Source of the DNA: Candidatus Heimdallarchaeota archaeon
GTDB taxonomy: Archaea; Asgardarchaeota; Heimdallarchaeia; Hodarchaeales; Hodarchaeaceae
Assembly (NCBI GenBank): GCA_048881705.1
Contig: JBHLSH010000048.1
Location: forward strand, 1-30,951
Direction: 5' to 3'
Length of the DNA stretch: 30,951 bases
Both the position numbers and the translations under genes were made by a program. This document shows positions 9,080-18,124 of the stretch, in pieces. The notes beneath the pieces were generated by a model that had not been told where the DNA came from, did no database searches, and saw nothing but the letters and a program-made list of their open reading frames with translations. Each line of letters opens with the position of its first letter. The stretch's first letter is position 1.

Positions 9080-9129
9080 AAACTCACCTCTGACTAGGAA
9101 ATAGAGTTTAGCTTCGCAAATCTTACTGC

Positions 9130-9540
9130 TTAGATGTATTTTCCTTTCTTGAGAAGTGTAATATATCTTCCTGAGCCCCGAATGATCTTCTGAGTGTGTG
9201 CAACACCTTTAGGTACAAATACTGTTGTTGGAGACTTGATACGATAAACTTCTTCCTCAAATCTGAATTCTACTTCTAATGAACTTTCATTGCCAGCTTC
9301 GCCAAGATAGATGAAAACCTGATCAACTTCGTGAGTATGAAGTTCTACATAATCCTCTGGTTCATCGACCACTCCTCGGACAATCCTGGTTGTTATCCGT
9401 ACTCCTGCCCCTGAAAACAACGAATCGTCGAGTAAAACCATATTTGCTCCGATTTTTTCCATTTCGGAGCTATCATGATGAGGAATTTCCTCGCTGACCT
9501 TTGGTTTGATGAAATTGCCTTCGTACTTCACATTTATCAC
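9130..9540 (-). CDS. Cupin-domain protein
   Basis: HTHEVDQ (motif 1) and FVPKGVAH (motif 2). It lies 5 nt downstream of the M24 gene. Confidence 0.75.
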   Translation of the reverse strand: MINVKYEGNFIKPKVSEEIPHHDSSEMEKIGANMVLLDDSLFSGAGVRITTRIVRGVVDEPEDYVELHTHEVDQVFIYLGEAGNESSLEVEFRFEEEVYRIKSPTTVFVPKGVAHTQKIIRGSGRYITLLKKGKYI

Positions 9541-9545
9541 CTAAT

Positions 9546-10715
9546 TCAAATCTCCAGGTCCTTCGGGGATCCTGCAGTAAGAATCTCATGTCCTTGAGAA
9601 GTAACCAGTACTACATCTTCAACATTGAATCCTCCAACCCCAGTCCAGTAATATGGTACTTCCACGGATAAAACCATATTTTCTTTTATGGGTGAATTGT
9701 TTTTTGGCCCGATAACGGGTTCTTCCTCAGTTATGAGGCCCAGGCCGTGACCCAAGTGCTTTCGTTCGAAATTTGGATCAGCTGTATCTCTTACAATTTT
9801 CATACCAGCCTTAAACAGGTCTGAGAAAGGGACACCAGGTTTGATCATACTGATCATTGTCTCCTCGGCCTTCCAAAGAGCCTGATAGAGCCTTTTTACT
9901 TTTTCGGTCGCGGATCCGAGTGTACGGGCCCGAGCCATATCACAACGGTATCCTTTGTAAATGGCACCTCCGTCAAATCTCATCACGTCTCCTTTCTGCA
10001 ATTTATGATCAAGTGGCCACCCACGCCTTACTGTTGCAGAATGGACACCAGTAGTCAAGTTCCAATGAATTAATCCTTTATGAATATATCCATCTTGCTT
10101 GATGAGTTCCTGCTGAAATGCGCCCATTAATTCTGACTCTGTAGCACCTTCTCGAGCCATTTCAAATGCAGCTTCAAAAGCATGTACTGAAATTTCAGCT
10201 GCTCGCCTCATCCGATTGATTTCCTCTTGGATTTTAACAGCCCTTACCTGAAGAAATAAATTTGAGGCATCTTTAAACCTAACATTCGGTAATTCTTTTG
10301 TAATGCGATTATAGTCAGCAATAGGAAGTACTTTCTCTTCGAATCCTATCTTGGCGCCGGTTAACCCCTTTTCATTTAATACATCAACCAGAGCCGATAC
10401 AGTTTCGGGGTAGGTATGTATCTTTCCCGCGTCTTCCCTATTGAAATATGCCCATGTCTTGGTAAACCTCTGATCCTGAATCCGCCCGATTTCTTTTGCT
10501 AAATCGGCATCTAGTTCTGTGACACACATTGTTGGGTTTCCTTCAACTGGAATCAGTGCAAACTGCCCGAAGCCACTAGTGAATCCACGAAAACGATCAA
10601 CAAAAGGGATGTACAGATCGGTGGAATAGAAGAAATTTTCTGGGGAAGACGCTAATAGGGCGTCAAGTTCATTCTTTTGCATTAATTCTTTTGCTCTATC
10701 CATGTTTATTGGCAT
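9546..10715 (-). CDS. M24 (Xaa-Pro peptidase/creatinase fold) hydrolase
   Basis: Creatinase-N domain plus pita-bread metal ligands FDGG, CDMAR, HGLG, VEVP and VEDV. GGAG RBS. Confidence 0.9.
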   Translation of the reverse strand: MPINMDRAKELMQKNELDALLASSPENFFYSTDLYIPFVDRFRGFTSGFGQFALIPVEGNPTMCVTELDADLAKEIGRIQDQRFTKTWAYFNREDAGKIHTYPETVSALVDVLNEKGLTGAKIGFEEKVLPIADYNRITKELPNVRFKDASNLFLQVRAVKIQEEINRMRRAAEISVHAFEAAFEMAREGATESELMGAFQQELIKQDGYIHKGLIHWNLTTGVHSATVRRGWPLDHKLQKGDVMRFDGGAIYKGYRCDMARARTLGSATEKVKRLYQALWKAEETMISMIKPGVPFSDLFKAGMKIVRDTADPNFERKHLGHGLGLITEEEPVIGPKNNSPIKENMVLSVEVPYYWTGVGGFNVEDVVLVTSQGHEILTAGSPKDLEI

Positions 10716-10746
10716 TATATGTATCTCCGTTTTTCCTAATTGTTAT

Positions 10747-11820
10747 TCAAACAACGTATTTTTCTTCCGGGAATTCGTCCATATACCTATCGCGACGATC
10801 TACTATAACTGTAACTATATTGCTTCCTGGATCCATTCTTTCTGCTACTTTTAACGCGGCATAAACATTGGCTCCAGATGACATTCCGCAATATATTCCC
10901 TCTTCCTTACAAAGCCTGTGGGCCATCGCCCTGGCATCTTCTTGTGTTACACCAAACCATTCATCTGGATAACCGGCTTTGTATATTTTTTCGACAATGG
11001 AATCTTCGGTGATCCATTTATGTAATCCAAACATTTCCACGATTTTCATTCGTAATGGGGGGCGCCCCATTGAGGAGCTATCCATGATACCTGCGCTAAT
11101 ATCAACAAGGCTTGTTCCCTCATCTGGTACAACTCCGAATGTGTATGGTTCCACTGCGTGTCCTTTAAGAGCGGTCGCAACCCCTAGGAAAGTCGCTCCT
11201 GACCCAATCGATGCCCCCCAAGCATCGATTTGTCCGTCAAGCTGCTTGTATATTTCCTCTCCCATGCCCATCTGTCCTTTTGTGTTCGCATCATTGTAAA
11301 TCTGATCGACCCAAACGGTTTCTGGATCTTCTTTCTCCATCTCATACATATGGTGTTTTCCCCCTATAATAACCGCATATCTTCTTTCCTTCTCATCATC
11401 AAATTGATCCAGAATGTTATCATTCGGAAGAGGACAGGGATAATGGTCAGCACCGAAGGAAGAGCTGATTTTTAATCTGGCGCTTTTACTTTTATCTTCT
11501 GAATGCAGAAAATGAGCGTAAGAACATAATTTTATCTTATATCCCTTCATTGCACAGACAAATGCAAGAGCAGGAGCCGTATTTCCAGCAGATGCGTCAC
11601 AAACGGTGCCTCCTGGGTTTAATTTCTTGCCGTTCCAGGTCTCACCCCTTTCAGCGGCTTCGACCATGGCCAAAGCCATTCTGTCCTTATAACTTCCGCT
11701 AGGATTTAGATGTTCGAGTTTAACAAAAATGTTCGCCTTCAAATCCTTACCCACCCGATTGAGTTTAAGTAATGGGGTATTTCCTATCACTTCAAGCATG
11801 CTATTCGCATAATCCATCAA
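10747..11820 (-). CDS. PLP-dependent fold-type II enzyme, cysteine synthase/CBS family (divergent)
   Basis: GNTPL, KLEHLNPSGSYKDR (PLP lysine), SAGNT, GSGAT, SSG and DRRDRY motifs. The probable start is ATG 11817. Confidence 0.9.
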   Translation of the reverse strand: MMDYANSMLEVIGNTPLLKLNRVGKDLKANIFVKLEHLNPSGSYKDRMALAMVEAAERGETWNGKKLNPGGTVCDASAGNTAPALAFVCAMKGYKIKLCSYAHFLHSEDKSKSARLKISSSFGADHYPCPLPNDNILDQFDDEKERRYAVIIGGKHHMYEMEKEDPETVWVDQIYNDANTKGQMGMGEEIYKQLDGQIDAWGASIGSGATFLGVATALKGHAVEPYTFGVVPDEGTSLVDISAGIMDSSSMGRPPLRMKIVEMFGLHKWITEDSIVEKIYKAGYPDEWFGVTQEDARAMAHRLCKEEGIYCGMSSGANVYAALKVAERMDPGSNIVTVIVDRRDRYMDEFPEEKYVV

Positions 11821-11895
11821 GTATCACCGATATTTTCGTATTTTTTCCCAGTTTGTTTGTAATATTATCAACAGTTTCCAAAGAATCACATAGTA

Positions 11896-11903
11896 TATAT
11901 AAA
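11896..11903 (+). promoter_or_regulatory. Putative TATA box (TATATAAA) of the PLP enzyme-to-M19 operon
   Basis: Strong TATA match in the divergent intergenic region. It overlaps the track ATG 11903, so the real start is probably ATG 11927 or 11951. Confidence 0.55.
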
Positions 11904-11926
11904 TGTCGAGTTTAGTCAAATGGTGT

Positions 11927-13384
11927 ATGCCCCAACCTCCTAGGTTCAGAATGTATCAAAGACTTGAGAAGCACACTCTTGAAATACTTTCTGAAATAAG
12001 AAAAGAAGCCGAAAACATCGGATTAACGGATGATCTAAAAGGCAATATAGGATTGGGCGGTGGTTCTGCAACTCCCCCAACTGTACCAGCCGATGTCTTT
12101 AGAGCAATTCAAGATGCCAGTAGAAAAGTTATATCTCTTGCTTCGCTTGTTGACCAAATACGAGATCTCGTTAAGGATGTTTACGGAGACAATTACGACG
12201 CAGCATCGATGAGTACCGCAGAAGCGGCGCTTTGGGTTGCTTTTGACACGCTTGTATCTCCTCCCATGCAAGGTAGAGGTGACAATTATCGGGCAGCGTA
12301 TATCGCACCTTACGAACGACATCTTCACCATCAGGGGGGATATGGCAGACCATTTCCGCCAAAATATCGTGATCTTTTCGCTGATAGAGGAGTAACTGCA
12401 GGTGAATTGGGAGTACAAGGGAAGAGGTTATCGAATGTTGAGACAATAATTATCCCTCTTGAAGGGGCAAGATATGAAGCTCATGGCATTAAATATAATA
12501 CCATACCAATGCTAACCACAGTCGATCCAGATTTGGCGATTGAAAGGATTAGTAATGTTGCAAAAATCCATGGAGATAAACTGTCAGGTATAACCTCCAT
12601 GGGATATGATACAATCGGTTATGGATATCAAATAAAAGATGGGGACGGAACCCCCAAACTAATGAAATATTATAGCCATCTTGCTAGGGATTATAATATC
12701 CCATATATTTGCGACAATGCTAGGGGATTACCCTTTGTTGGAACTGATATTCGAAAAATCAATGCAGATGTCATTCTTTACAGTATGGACAAAGCAGCAG
12801 AGGCCACGACAAGCGGATTGATAATTGGCAAAGAAGATGTTATGATTCCCATTCGGAGGGCAATGGGTTTTCATGGCGCTAGGAGAGGAACTGCATCTTC
12901 CTATGGCAAAACTGCCTATGTAGCTGTAGACCCTGGTAAAGAAGGACTAGTTGGACAGATAGCTGCGCTAACGAAACTAAAGGAAAACCCCGATGGTATG
13001 AGAAAAAAGATTGATGAGTTTTATCGTGTGGTAAAAGATGAATTCTCAAGTTTTGGTAGCGTTATGGAAGAAGGAATCCATATTTCAAAGTCATATAATG
13101 GAGCGGCTGTGGAAGTTAACTACGTTGATACATGGAAGGATGACGTCATGGGAATACCAATTTTCAGTATTGAGGATATGTACTCTGGGAGTAATCTGAT
13201 TCAGATAGGTTTGGGGAATATGGGCATACGTCCCCCTCTTTCCTACGACGGGAACGTGTTTATAGTTATGGGCCAAGGGAATTTGGATAACGACGGGAAC
13301 CTTATAGCTGAAAGAGTAAAAATCGCAGTTAGAGGTTTGATCCGAACAATTGAGATTATTACCGAATGGAGCCGAAAAACGTGA
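11927..13384 (+). CDS. Uncharacterised fold-type I PLP-dependent enzyme (SelA/class V aminotransferase-like)
   Basis: CDNARG (DxA) and YSMDKA (PLP lysine) motifs. The ORF is long and clean; the start is moved from 11903 because of the TATA overlap. Confidence 0.7.
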   Translation: MPQPPRFRMYQRLEKHTLEILSEIRKEAENIGLTDDLKGNIGLGGGSATPPTVPADVFRAIQDASRKVISLASLVDQIRDLVKDVYGDNYDAASMSTAEAALWVAFDTLVSPPMQGRGDNYRAAYIAPYERHLHHQGGYGRPFPPKYRDLFADRGVTAGELGVQGKRLSNVETIIIPLEGARYEAHGIKYNTIPMLTTVDPDLAIERISNVAKIHGDKLSGITSMGYDTIGYGYQIKDGDGTPKLMKYYSHLARDYNIPYICDNARGLPFVGTDIRKINADVILYSMDKAAEATTSGLIIGKEDVMIPIRRAMGFHGARRGTASSYGKTAYVAVDPGKEGLVGQIAALTKLKENPDGMRKKIDEFYRVVKDEFSSFGSVMEEGIHISKSYNGAAVEVNYVDTWKDDVMGIPIFSIEDMYSGSNLIQIGLGNMGIRPPLSYDGNVFIVMGQGNLDNDGNLIAERVKIAVRGLIRTIEIITEWSRKT

Positions 13385-14364
13385 AAGAAATCTCAGATTT
13401 TGAAGATCTTATTAAATTGAGAGGAACTAGGGAATTTGGCTGGTTACCAATCACAACACGATCCGATGGCTCCCCATTTGGCATTCCTGTCACAATAGTA
13501 TCTGGCACGGAAACAGGGCCACTTCTGCTAATTGAAGCTTGCTGCCATGGTGATGAAACCGAGGGTGCCGTGGCTGTTGTCGAATTCATGAGTGAATTAA
13601 AGCCTGAGGAATTAAGAGGAATAGTCGTAGGCATCCCTGTTCTAAATATTGGGGCGTATGAGGCGGGCACAAGAGGTAATCCAGACGAGCGTTATAATTA
13701 TGACATGAATAGGTTATTTCCTGGTGATAAGAATGGTTCAGTGTCTCAAAGAATCGTTTACACATACTTCAATCAGATTGTCAAAAAAATGGATACGGTT
13801 ATATCCCTACATGGTGGAGGAGGTCTCTTCTATCTTATAAACCGTGTTATGATAAGCACCGATCCCAAATCTATGGAGTTGGCCAGAGGGATGGGCCCTG
13901 ATTGGAAACTATTACATGAAAGTAGCCATCCCAATACACTTTTGGTCTCTTGTGAAAAGGAAAATATCCCCTGCGTGATTGCGGAGTTAGGAGGTTCGAG
14001 CAATAGGCTTCCGGGCTCTCTCATGAATAACGTTGGAAGCTTTAAAACCATGCTGAAAAACGTACTGAGACATTTAGGCATGCTTGAAGGTTCTGCAAAG
14101 TATGCCAATGAATGGGGGATCCTGGAAGGAACGAATGTAAAATGCAGATATGGAGGATTAATAATTCCGACTGAAAAATGTAAACTGAACCTGGAAGTTA
14201 AAAAGGGGGATCATATTGTCTCTATAACCGATCTGTTTGGCAATATTCTAGATGACGTTCATGCTCCTCAGGATGGTACAATTTTAGGTGTTCCAGCTTC
14301 TCCTGTGGCCTACCCAGGTAACAACATTTTGACTATTGCTAAGGTATCTAGATCAATAAAATGA
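13381..14364 (+). CDS. Succinylglutamate desuccinylase/aspartoacylase family (M14-like) amidohydrolase
   Basis: HGDE, MNR, SLHGG and AELGG motifs plus a C-terminal biotinyl/lipoyl-like domain. GTG 13381 gives a GTGA overlap with the upstream stop and has GGAG upstream (track start 13366). Confidence 0.9.
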   Translation: MKEISDFEDLIKLRGTREFGWLPITTRSDGSPFGIPVTIVSGTETGPLLLIEACCHGDETEGAVAVVEFMSELKPEELRGIVVGIPVLNIGAYEAGTRGNPDERYNYDMNRLFPGDKNGSVSQRIVYTYFNQIVKKMDTVISLHGGGGLFYLINRVMISTDPKSMELARGMGPDWKLLHESSHPNTLLVSCEKENIPCVIAELGGSSNRLPGSLMNNVGSFKTMLKNVLRHLGMLEGSAKYANEWGILEGTNVKCRYGGLIIPTEKCKLNLEVKKGDHIVSITDLFGNILDDVHAPQDGTILGVPASPVAYPGNNILTIAKVSRSIK

Positions 14365-14389
14365 TTAAATTTTGAGAGCTAATCCAGGT

Positions 14390-15208
14390 ATGAAAGTCCA
14401 GGTAACTTTAACTGTTTCAGAGGCCAAACAGGTCATTGCAAGAGCAATTATTTCCAGATCTGATGTAAAATATGCGCTTGCTAACGGTAAAGTGCTACTA
14501 AAGGGAGGAACAACCGTTTCGACGATTTCCGAACAACTAGCTGGTCAATCGTTGAGAATTGGAGGACGCATTTCCCCAAGGGGAACAATGAATGCCCTAG
14601 AAAGACAGAACCATCCTCACTGTGTTCTTTTAGAGAAGAACGAACTGAAGGACGTTGATAAAGATATAGAGAACGTGACCGCTAATCTTCACGTTGAGGA
14701 TGTAATCATTGTTGGCGCAAACGCTTTGGATAGCCATGGAAACGTGGCAATGATGGCTGCAGCACCTTTAGGACATAATCCAGGGAAAGCGATGGCAGGT
14801 TTTTCCTCTCAGGGCTGTAAGGTTATAATCGCAGTTGGTCTAGAGAAGCTCATACCTGGTACAATAAAAGAGGCAGTGCAGGCATCTGGTCGGATTTCAA
14901 TCCATAAATCCATGGGTGCAGCGGTTGGATTAATCCCTTTAATCGGTGAGGTTGTAACTGAAAAAGAAGCGATCACATCCCTTGCGGATGTTAAAGCTAC
15001 AGTAATCGCGTCCGGAGGGATTGAAGGCGCAGAGGGTGCAACCACACTAGTCGTTGAAGGTTCAGAAGACGAAACTGAAAAAATCTTTCGCATTTTGATG
15101 GATATCAAGGGAGCCCAAACTAGCGGCCTTCCAGGAAGCTTGCCAGAATGTAACGGTCAATGCCCACAATGTGTTAGGCACCTAGCCTGTGTATACAAGG
15201 TGGAATGA
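14390..15208 (+). CDS. Conserved hypothetical protein with a C-terminal C-x3-C-x2-C-x5-C motif
   Basis: Protein-like ORF in the operon (LKGGTT, GANALD, GLEKLIP, GGIEGAEG) ending in ECNGQCPQCVRHLACVY. ATG 14390 is preferred over TTG 14372. Confidence 0.7.
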   Translation: MKVQVTLTVSEAKQVIARAIISRSDVKYALANGKVLLKGGTTVSTISEQLAGQSLRIGGRISPRGTMNALERQNHPHCVLLEKNELKDVDKDIENVTANLHVEDVIIVGANALDSHGNVAMMAAAPLGHNPGKAMAGFSSQGCKVIIAVGLEKLIPGTIKEAVQASGRISIHKSMGAAVGLIPLIGEVVTEKEAITSLADVKATVIASGGIEGAEGATTLVVEGSEDETEKIFRILMDIKGAQTSGLPGSLPECNGQCPQCVRHLACVYKVE

Positions 15209-15245
15209 TCCCAAATTCTTACAAAAAACTGAATGAGGTGACACA

Positions 15246-15578
15246 ATGGAAAAAAAAGAAAAACCCCCGTATAAAACCTATAATATTGTTGCAACTGTAA
15301 AGTCCGTTCACGGTCTCAATGGCGAGGATACGGCAGGAAAAGGTCCCTGCAGATATTATAGACCTGGGGATAAGATTACATTCAAAGAGGGAGAGATAGA
15401 AGGTACAATATGTTACAGTGTTCTAGCTACCATGATGTATAAGATCCTCCCCATGCGCTCTGGATTTGATTATCCATGGGCTAATGAAGGCGTTATAGAA
15501 CATGCATGTCCCGATGCAGCTCGTCCTGTCGTTTTTGAAATAACGAAAGAAGAAGTAGATCCTGAATCTGAGGAGTAG
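15246..15578 (+). CDS. TIGR04076-family protein
   Basis: Pattern C...GDKI...ICY...YPW...CPD...VVFEI recognised from memory. Strong GAGGTGA RBS at 15235-15241. Confidence 0.75.
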   Translation: MEKKEKPPYKTYNIVATVKSVHGLNGEDTAGKGPCRYYRPGDKITFKEGEIEGTICYSVLATMMYKILPMRSGFDYPWANEGVIEHACPDAARPVVFEITKEEVDPESEE

Positions 15579-15590
15579 GGGCATCTTTTC

Positions 15591-16940
15591 ATGAAAACAG
15601 CTAGTGAGCAATTAGCTGAGTGGGTAGTTAACCTAGAACTTGCGGAGATCCCGTCCGAATATGTCCAAGCCGCAAAGTATAACGTTCTTGATATGATTGG
15701 ATGCGGTCTCTTTGGTTCAACATTACCATGGGCAAAAACTCTCTCTAAACTTCTGAAAGAATGGGGTGGAAGGGAGGAAGCAACCCTCTGGGGCCATGGA
15801 GTCAAGCTACCATGTGTAAATGCCGTTTTTGCAAATACAAATGCCACAAATTCCTTTGAATTCGATGATACGTACTTTCCTACTGGAATTCACCCTGGCG
15901 CGTTGGTCGTAAGTTCTGCTTTAGCGTCGGCAGAGTATATTGGGGGCGTAAATGGCGCCCAATTTCTTGAGGCTGTCGTCGCTGGTCAGGAGGTATCAAT
16001 TAGGATTCGAAACGGACTCGGATGGTCGGTATTACATGGATGGAACGGAACCGCGATATGTTCCACCTTTGGAGCGGCTGTTGCATCCGCTAAAATCTTA
16101 GGACTTAGTTTTGATCAAACCACTAATGCGATTGGAATCACGGGCCCTTACGTCGGAGGCTTGCTGACTTTTGGTTTTAAAGCGATGGCAAAACGACTGG
16201 TTAATGCCCGAGCTGCCCAAGGGGGAATAATGGCAGCATTTCTTGCTAGAAACGGTGTAACTGGATATCGGGATATTCTGGAATCGAAACAAGGTGGATT
16301 TTGTACGGCTCATTCTTCTGATCCCCAAATTGATAAAATAACAGAAGACCTTGGTCTGGTTTATGAAATGAAAAAAATGGCTCTAAAGAAATATCCCAAC
16401 TGCACGAGCTTTCATGCCGTAATAGATGCATTATCAGATATTACGGATACAAACGACATTGCAGCCGAATCAGTCGAAGCCGTTGTTGTTAACACAACAC
16501 GAGGTGCACAGAAGAACGATGTAGGAATGACATACGATAATATTCATTCTGCTCAGATGAGCTTGCCTTATGCTGTCGCTGTTAAACTTAAAGATGGAGT
16601 GGTTGGGATTGAACAGTTTTCTAATAAGAAGATCGATGATGAAAGGATTCGTAAAATTGCGAAACGAGTAGATATTGTTATAGATCCTGATTTGGATGGT
16701 CTTGGTTTAGATCATCGTTTAGCAGCTAGAATTGAAATCAAAATGAAAAACGGTCAAACATTCGAGAGTGGAACAGTAAGAAATCCGAGAAGGATGAGTA
16801 TTGAAGAAACTAGGGCCAAATTCAGGAATCTGGCGTCTAGAGTAACCAGCAAAGATACAGTAGATGAAATCTCCTCTTTTGTCGAATCGATTACCAATTG
16901 CGATGATGTTTCACTTCTGGCTGAACTTCTAGCCATTTGA
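15591..16940 (+). CDS. MmgE/PrpD-family protein (paralog 1)
   Basis: FDDT...IHPG and KKYPNCTSFH motifs; two-domain length of 449 aa. Confidence 0.9.
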   Translation: MKTASEQLAEWVVNLELAEIPSEYVQAAKYNVLDMIGCGLFGSTLPWAKTLSKLLKEWGGREEATLWGHGVKLPCVNAVFANTNATNSFEFDDTYFPTGIHPGALVVSSALASAEYIGGVNGAQFLEAVVAGQEVSIRIRNGLGWSVLHGWNGTAICSTFGAAVASAKILGLSFDQTTNAIGITGPYVGGLLTFGFKAMAKRLVNARAAQGGIMAAFLARNGVTGYRDILESKQGGFCTAHSSDPQIDKITEDLGLVYEMKKMALKKYPNCTSFHAVIDALSDITDTNDIAAESVEAVVVNTTRGAQKNDVGMTYDNIHSAQMSLPYAVAVKLKDGVVGIEQFSNKKIDDERIRKIAKRVDIVIDPDLDGLGLDHRLAARIEIKMKNGQTFESGTVRNPRRMSIEETRAKFRNLASRVTSKDTVDEISSFVESITNCDDVSLLAELLAI

Positions 16941-16988
16941 TATTCTCGGACATAATTGATTCCATAAAGAAACTCGGAGGTAAGAAAT

Positions 16989-18068
16989 TTGAGTCCCATA
17001 AAAGAAAATACGGATATAACTGGATTTTCCGGGTTCACAGCGATTTCTCATACTGATTATCTTATTGATGTTGCAGAAAGACGAAGTCAGGGCGAAACAA
17101 ACGTAATAGAGAGACGACATCTTCCTTCGTTAAGAAAGGGCGGAATTAATCTGATTTGTGATCATGTTGGAGGAGAAACTCGGATGTTTACAACCTTTCC
17201 AATCATGAGTATACTTTCAAATCCTGATTACCTTCAAAGAGCCCTGGACGGAATCGATTACATGTTTCAAGAAGAAACAGAAAGCAATGACAAAATAACT
17301 ATTATAACCAATATAAAAGAAGCTGAAGAGTTAAGACGAAGTAATAAACTTGGAATAGTCCTTTGTCTCCAGGGCGGAAAGCCCATAAAGAGGGATCTTG
17401 CCTTATTGAGAGCATTCTATAGGTTGGGAATCCGTAAGATGAATTTGACTGCAAACTTGAGAAATGAGATTTCTGATAGCTGCATGGATCGTACAAACGG
17501 GGGATTAAGTGATTTTGGCGTGAAAGTTGTTGAAGAAATGAACAGAATTGGAATGGTAATTGATATCTCTCATCTATCACAGAAGGGATGCATGGACGTC
17601 CTTGAACTCTCATCTCAACCCATCATTGCCTCAAACTCTAATGTAAAGGCGCTTTGCCGTCATCCGCGCAACCTGGATGACAATATTATTAATCAGCTAG
17701 GCGAAAATGGTGGTTATATAGGAATCCATTCCCTGCCAATGTTCCTTTCTGAAACCAACGATGCTTCTATTGATGATATGATACGTCACATCGAACATAT
17801 AGTCAGCCTAGTAGGAATTAACCACGTCGGGATCGGCCCGGATTTATTAGAAAATTGGCCGCAGGAAAAGCATGATGCCATTTGGATGGGTGGCCAAGAT
17901 CTAGGAGGGAAAAAAATAGCATTTCATTATCCAAAGGGGTTCGAGAGCATTGGAGACATACCAAAGATAGCAAATTTGCTGGAAAAGCGAGGGTTTTCGA
18001 AAATAGAGGTTGAAAAAGTTATGGGAGGTAATCTATTGAGAATTTTTAGTCAAGTATGGAAAAGCTAG
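16989..18068 (+). CDS. M19 membrane-dipeptidase family (amidohydrolase superfamily) with altered metal site
   Basis: HTD, DISH, HPRN, GIGPD and MGGNLLR motifs, with LQGG and SNSN at ligand positions. TTG start with a GGAGG RBS at 16976-16980. Confidence 0.88.
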   Translation: MSPIKENTDITGFSGFTAISHTDYLIDVAERRSQGETNVIERRHLPSLRKGGINLICDHVGGETRMFTTFPIMSILSNPDYLQRALDGIDYMFQEETESNDKITIITNIKEAEELRRSNKLGIVLCLQGGKPIKRDLALLRAFYRLGIRKMNLTANLRNEISDSCMDRTNGGLSDFGVKVVEEMNRIGMVIDISHLSQKGCMDVLELSSQPIIASNSNVKALCRHPRNLDDNIINQLGENGGYIGIHSLPMFLSETNDASIDDMIRHIEHIVSLVGINHVGIGPDLLENWPQEKHDAIWMGGQDLGGKKIAFHYPKGFESIGDIPKIANLLEKRGFSKIEVEKVMGGNLLRIFSQVWKS

Positions 18069-18124
18069 AGCTGCGAAAGATCAGTAGGCATGTATCCCAA
18101 AAGGTGCATGGAGATAATTGTGGC

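Noticed and set aside
11903-13384. Selenocysteine synthase (selA) or Sec recoding
   Set aside because: Only the PLP motifs are SelA-like. There is no selB, selD or tRNA-Sec, and the TGA stops examined are followed by new genes or nearby stops rather than continuing domains.
15591-16940. Methylcitrate cycle (prpD)
   Set aside because: There is no methylcitrate synthase, PrpB or PrpF nearby, and family membership alone does not fix the function.
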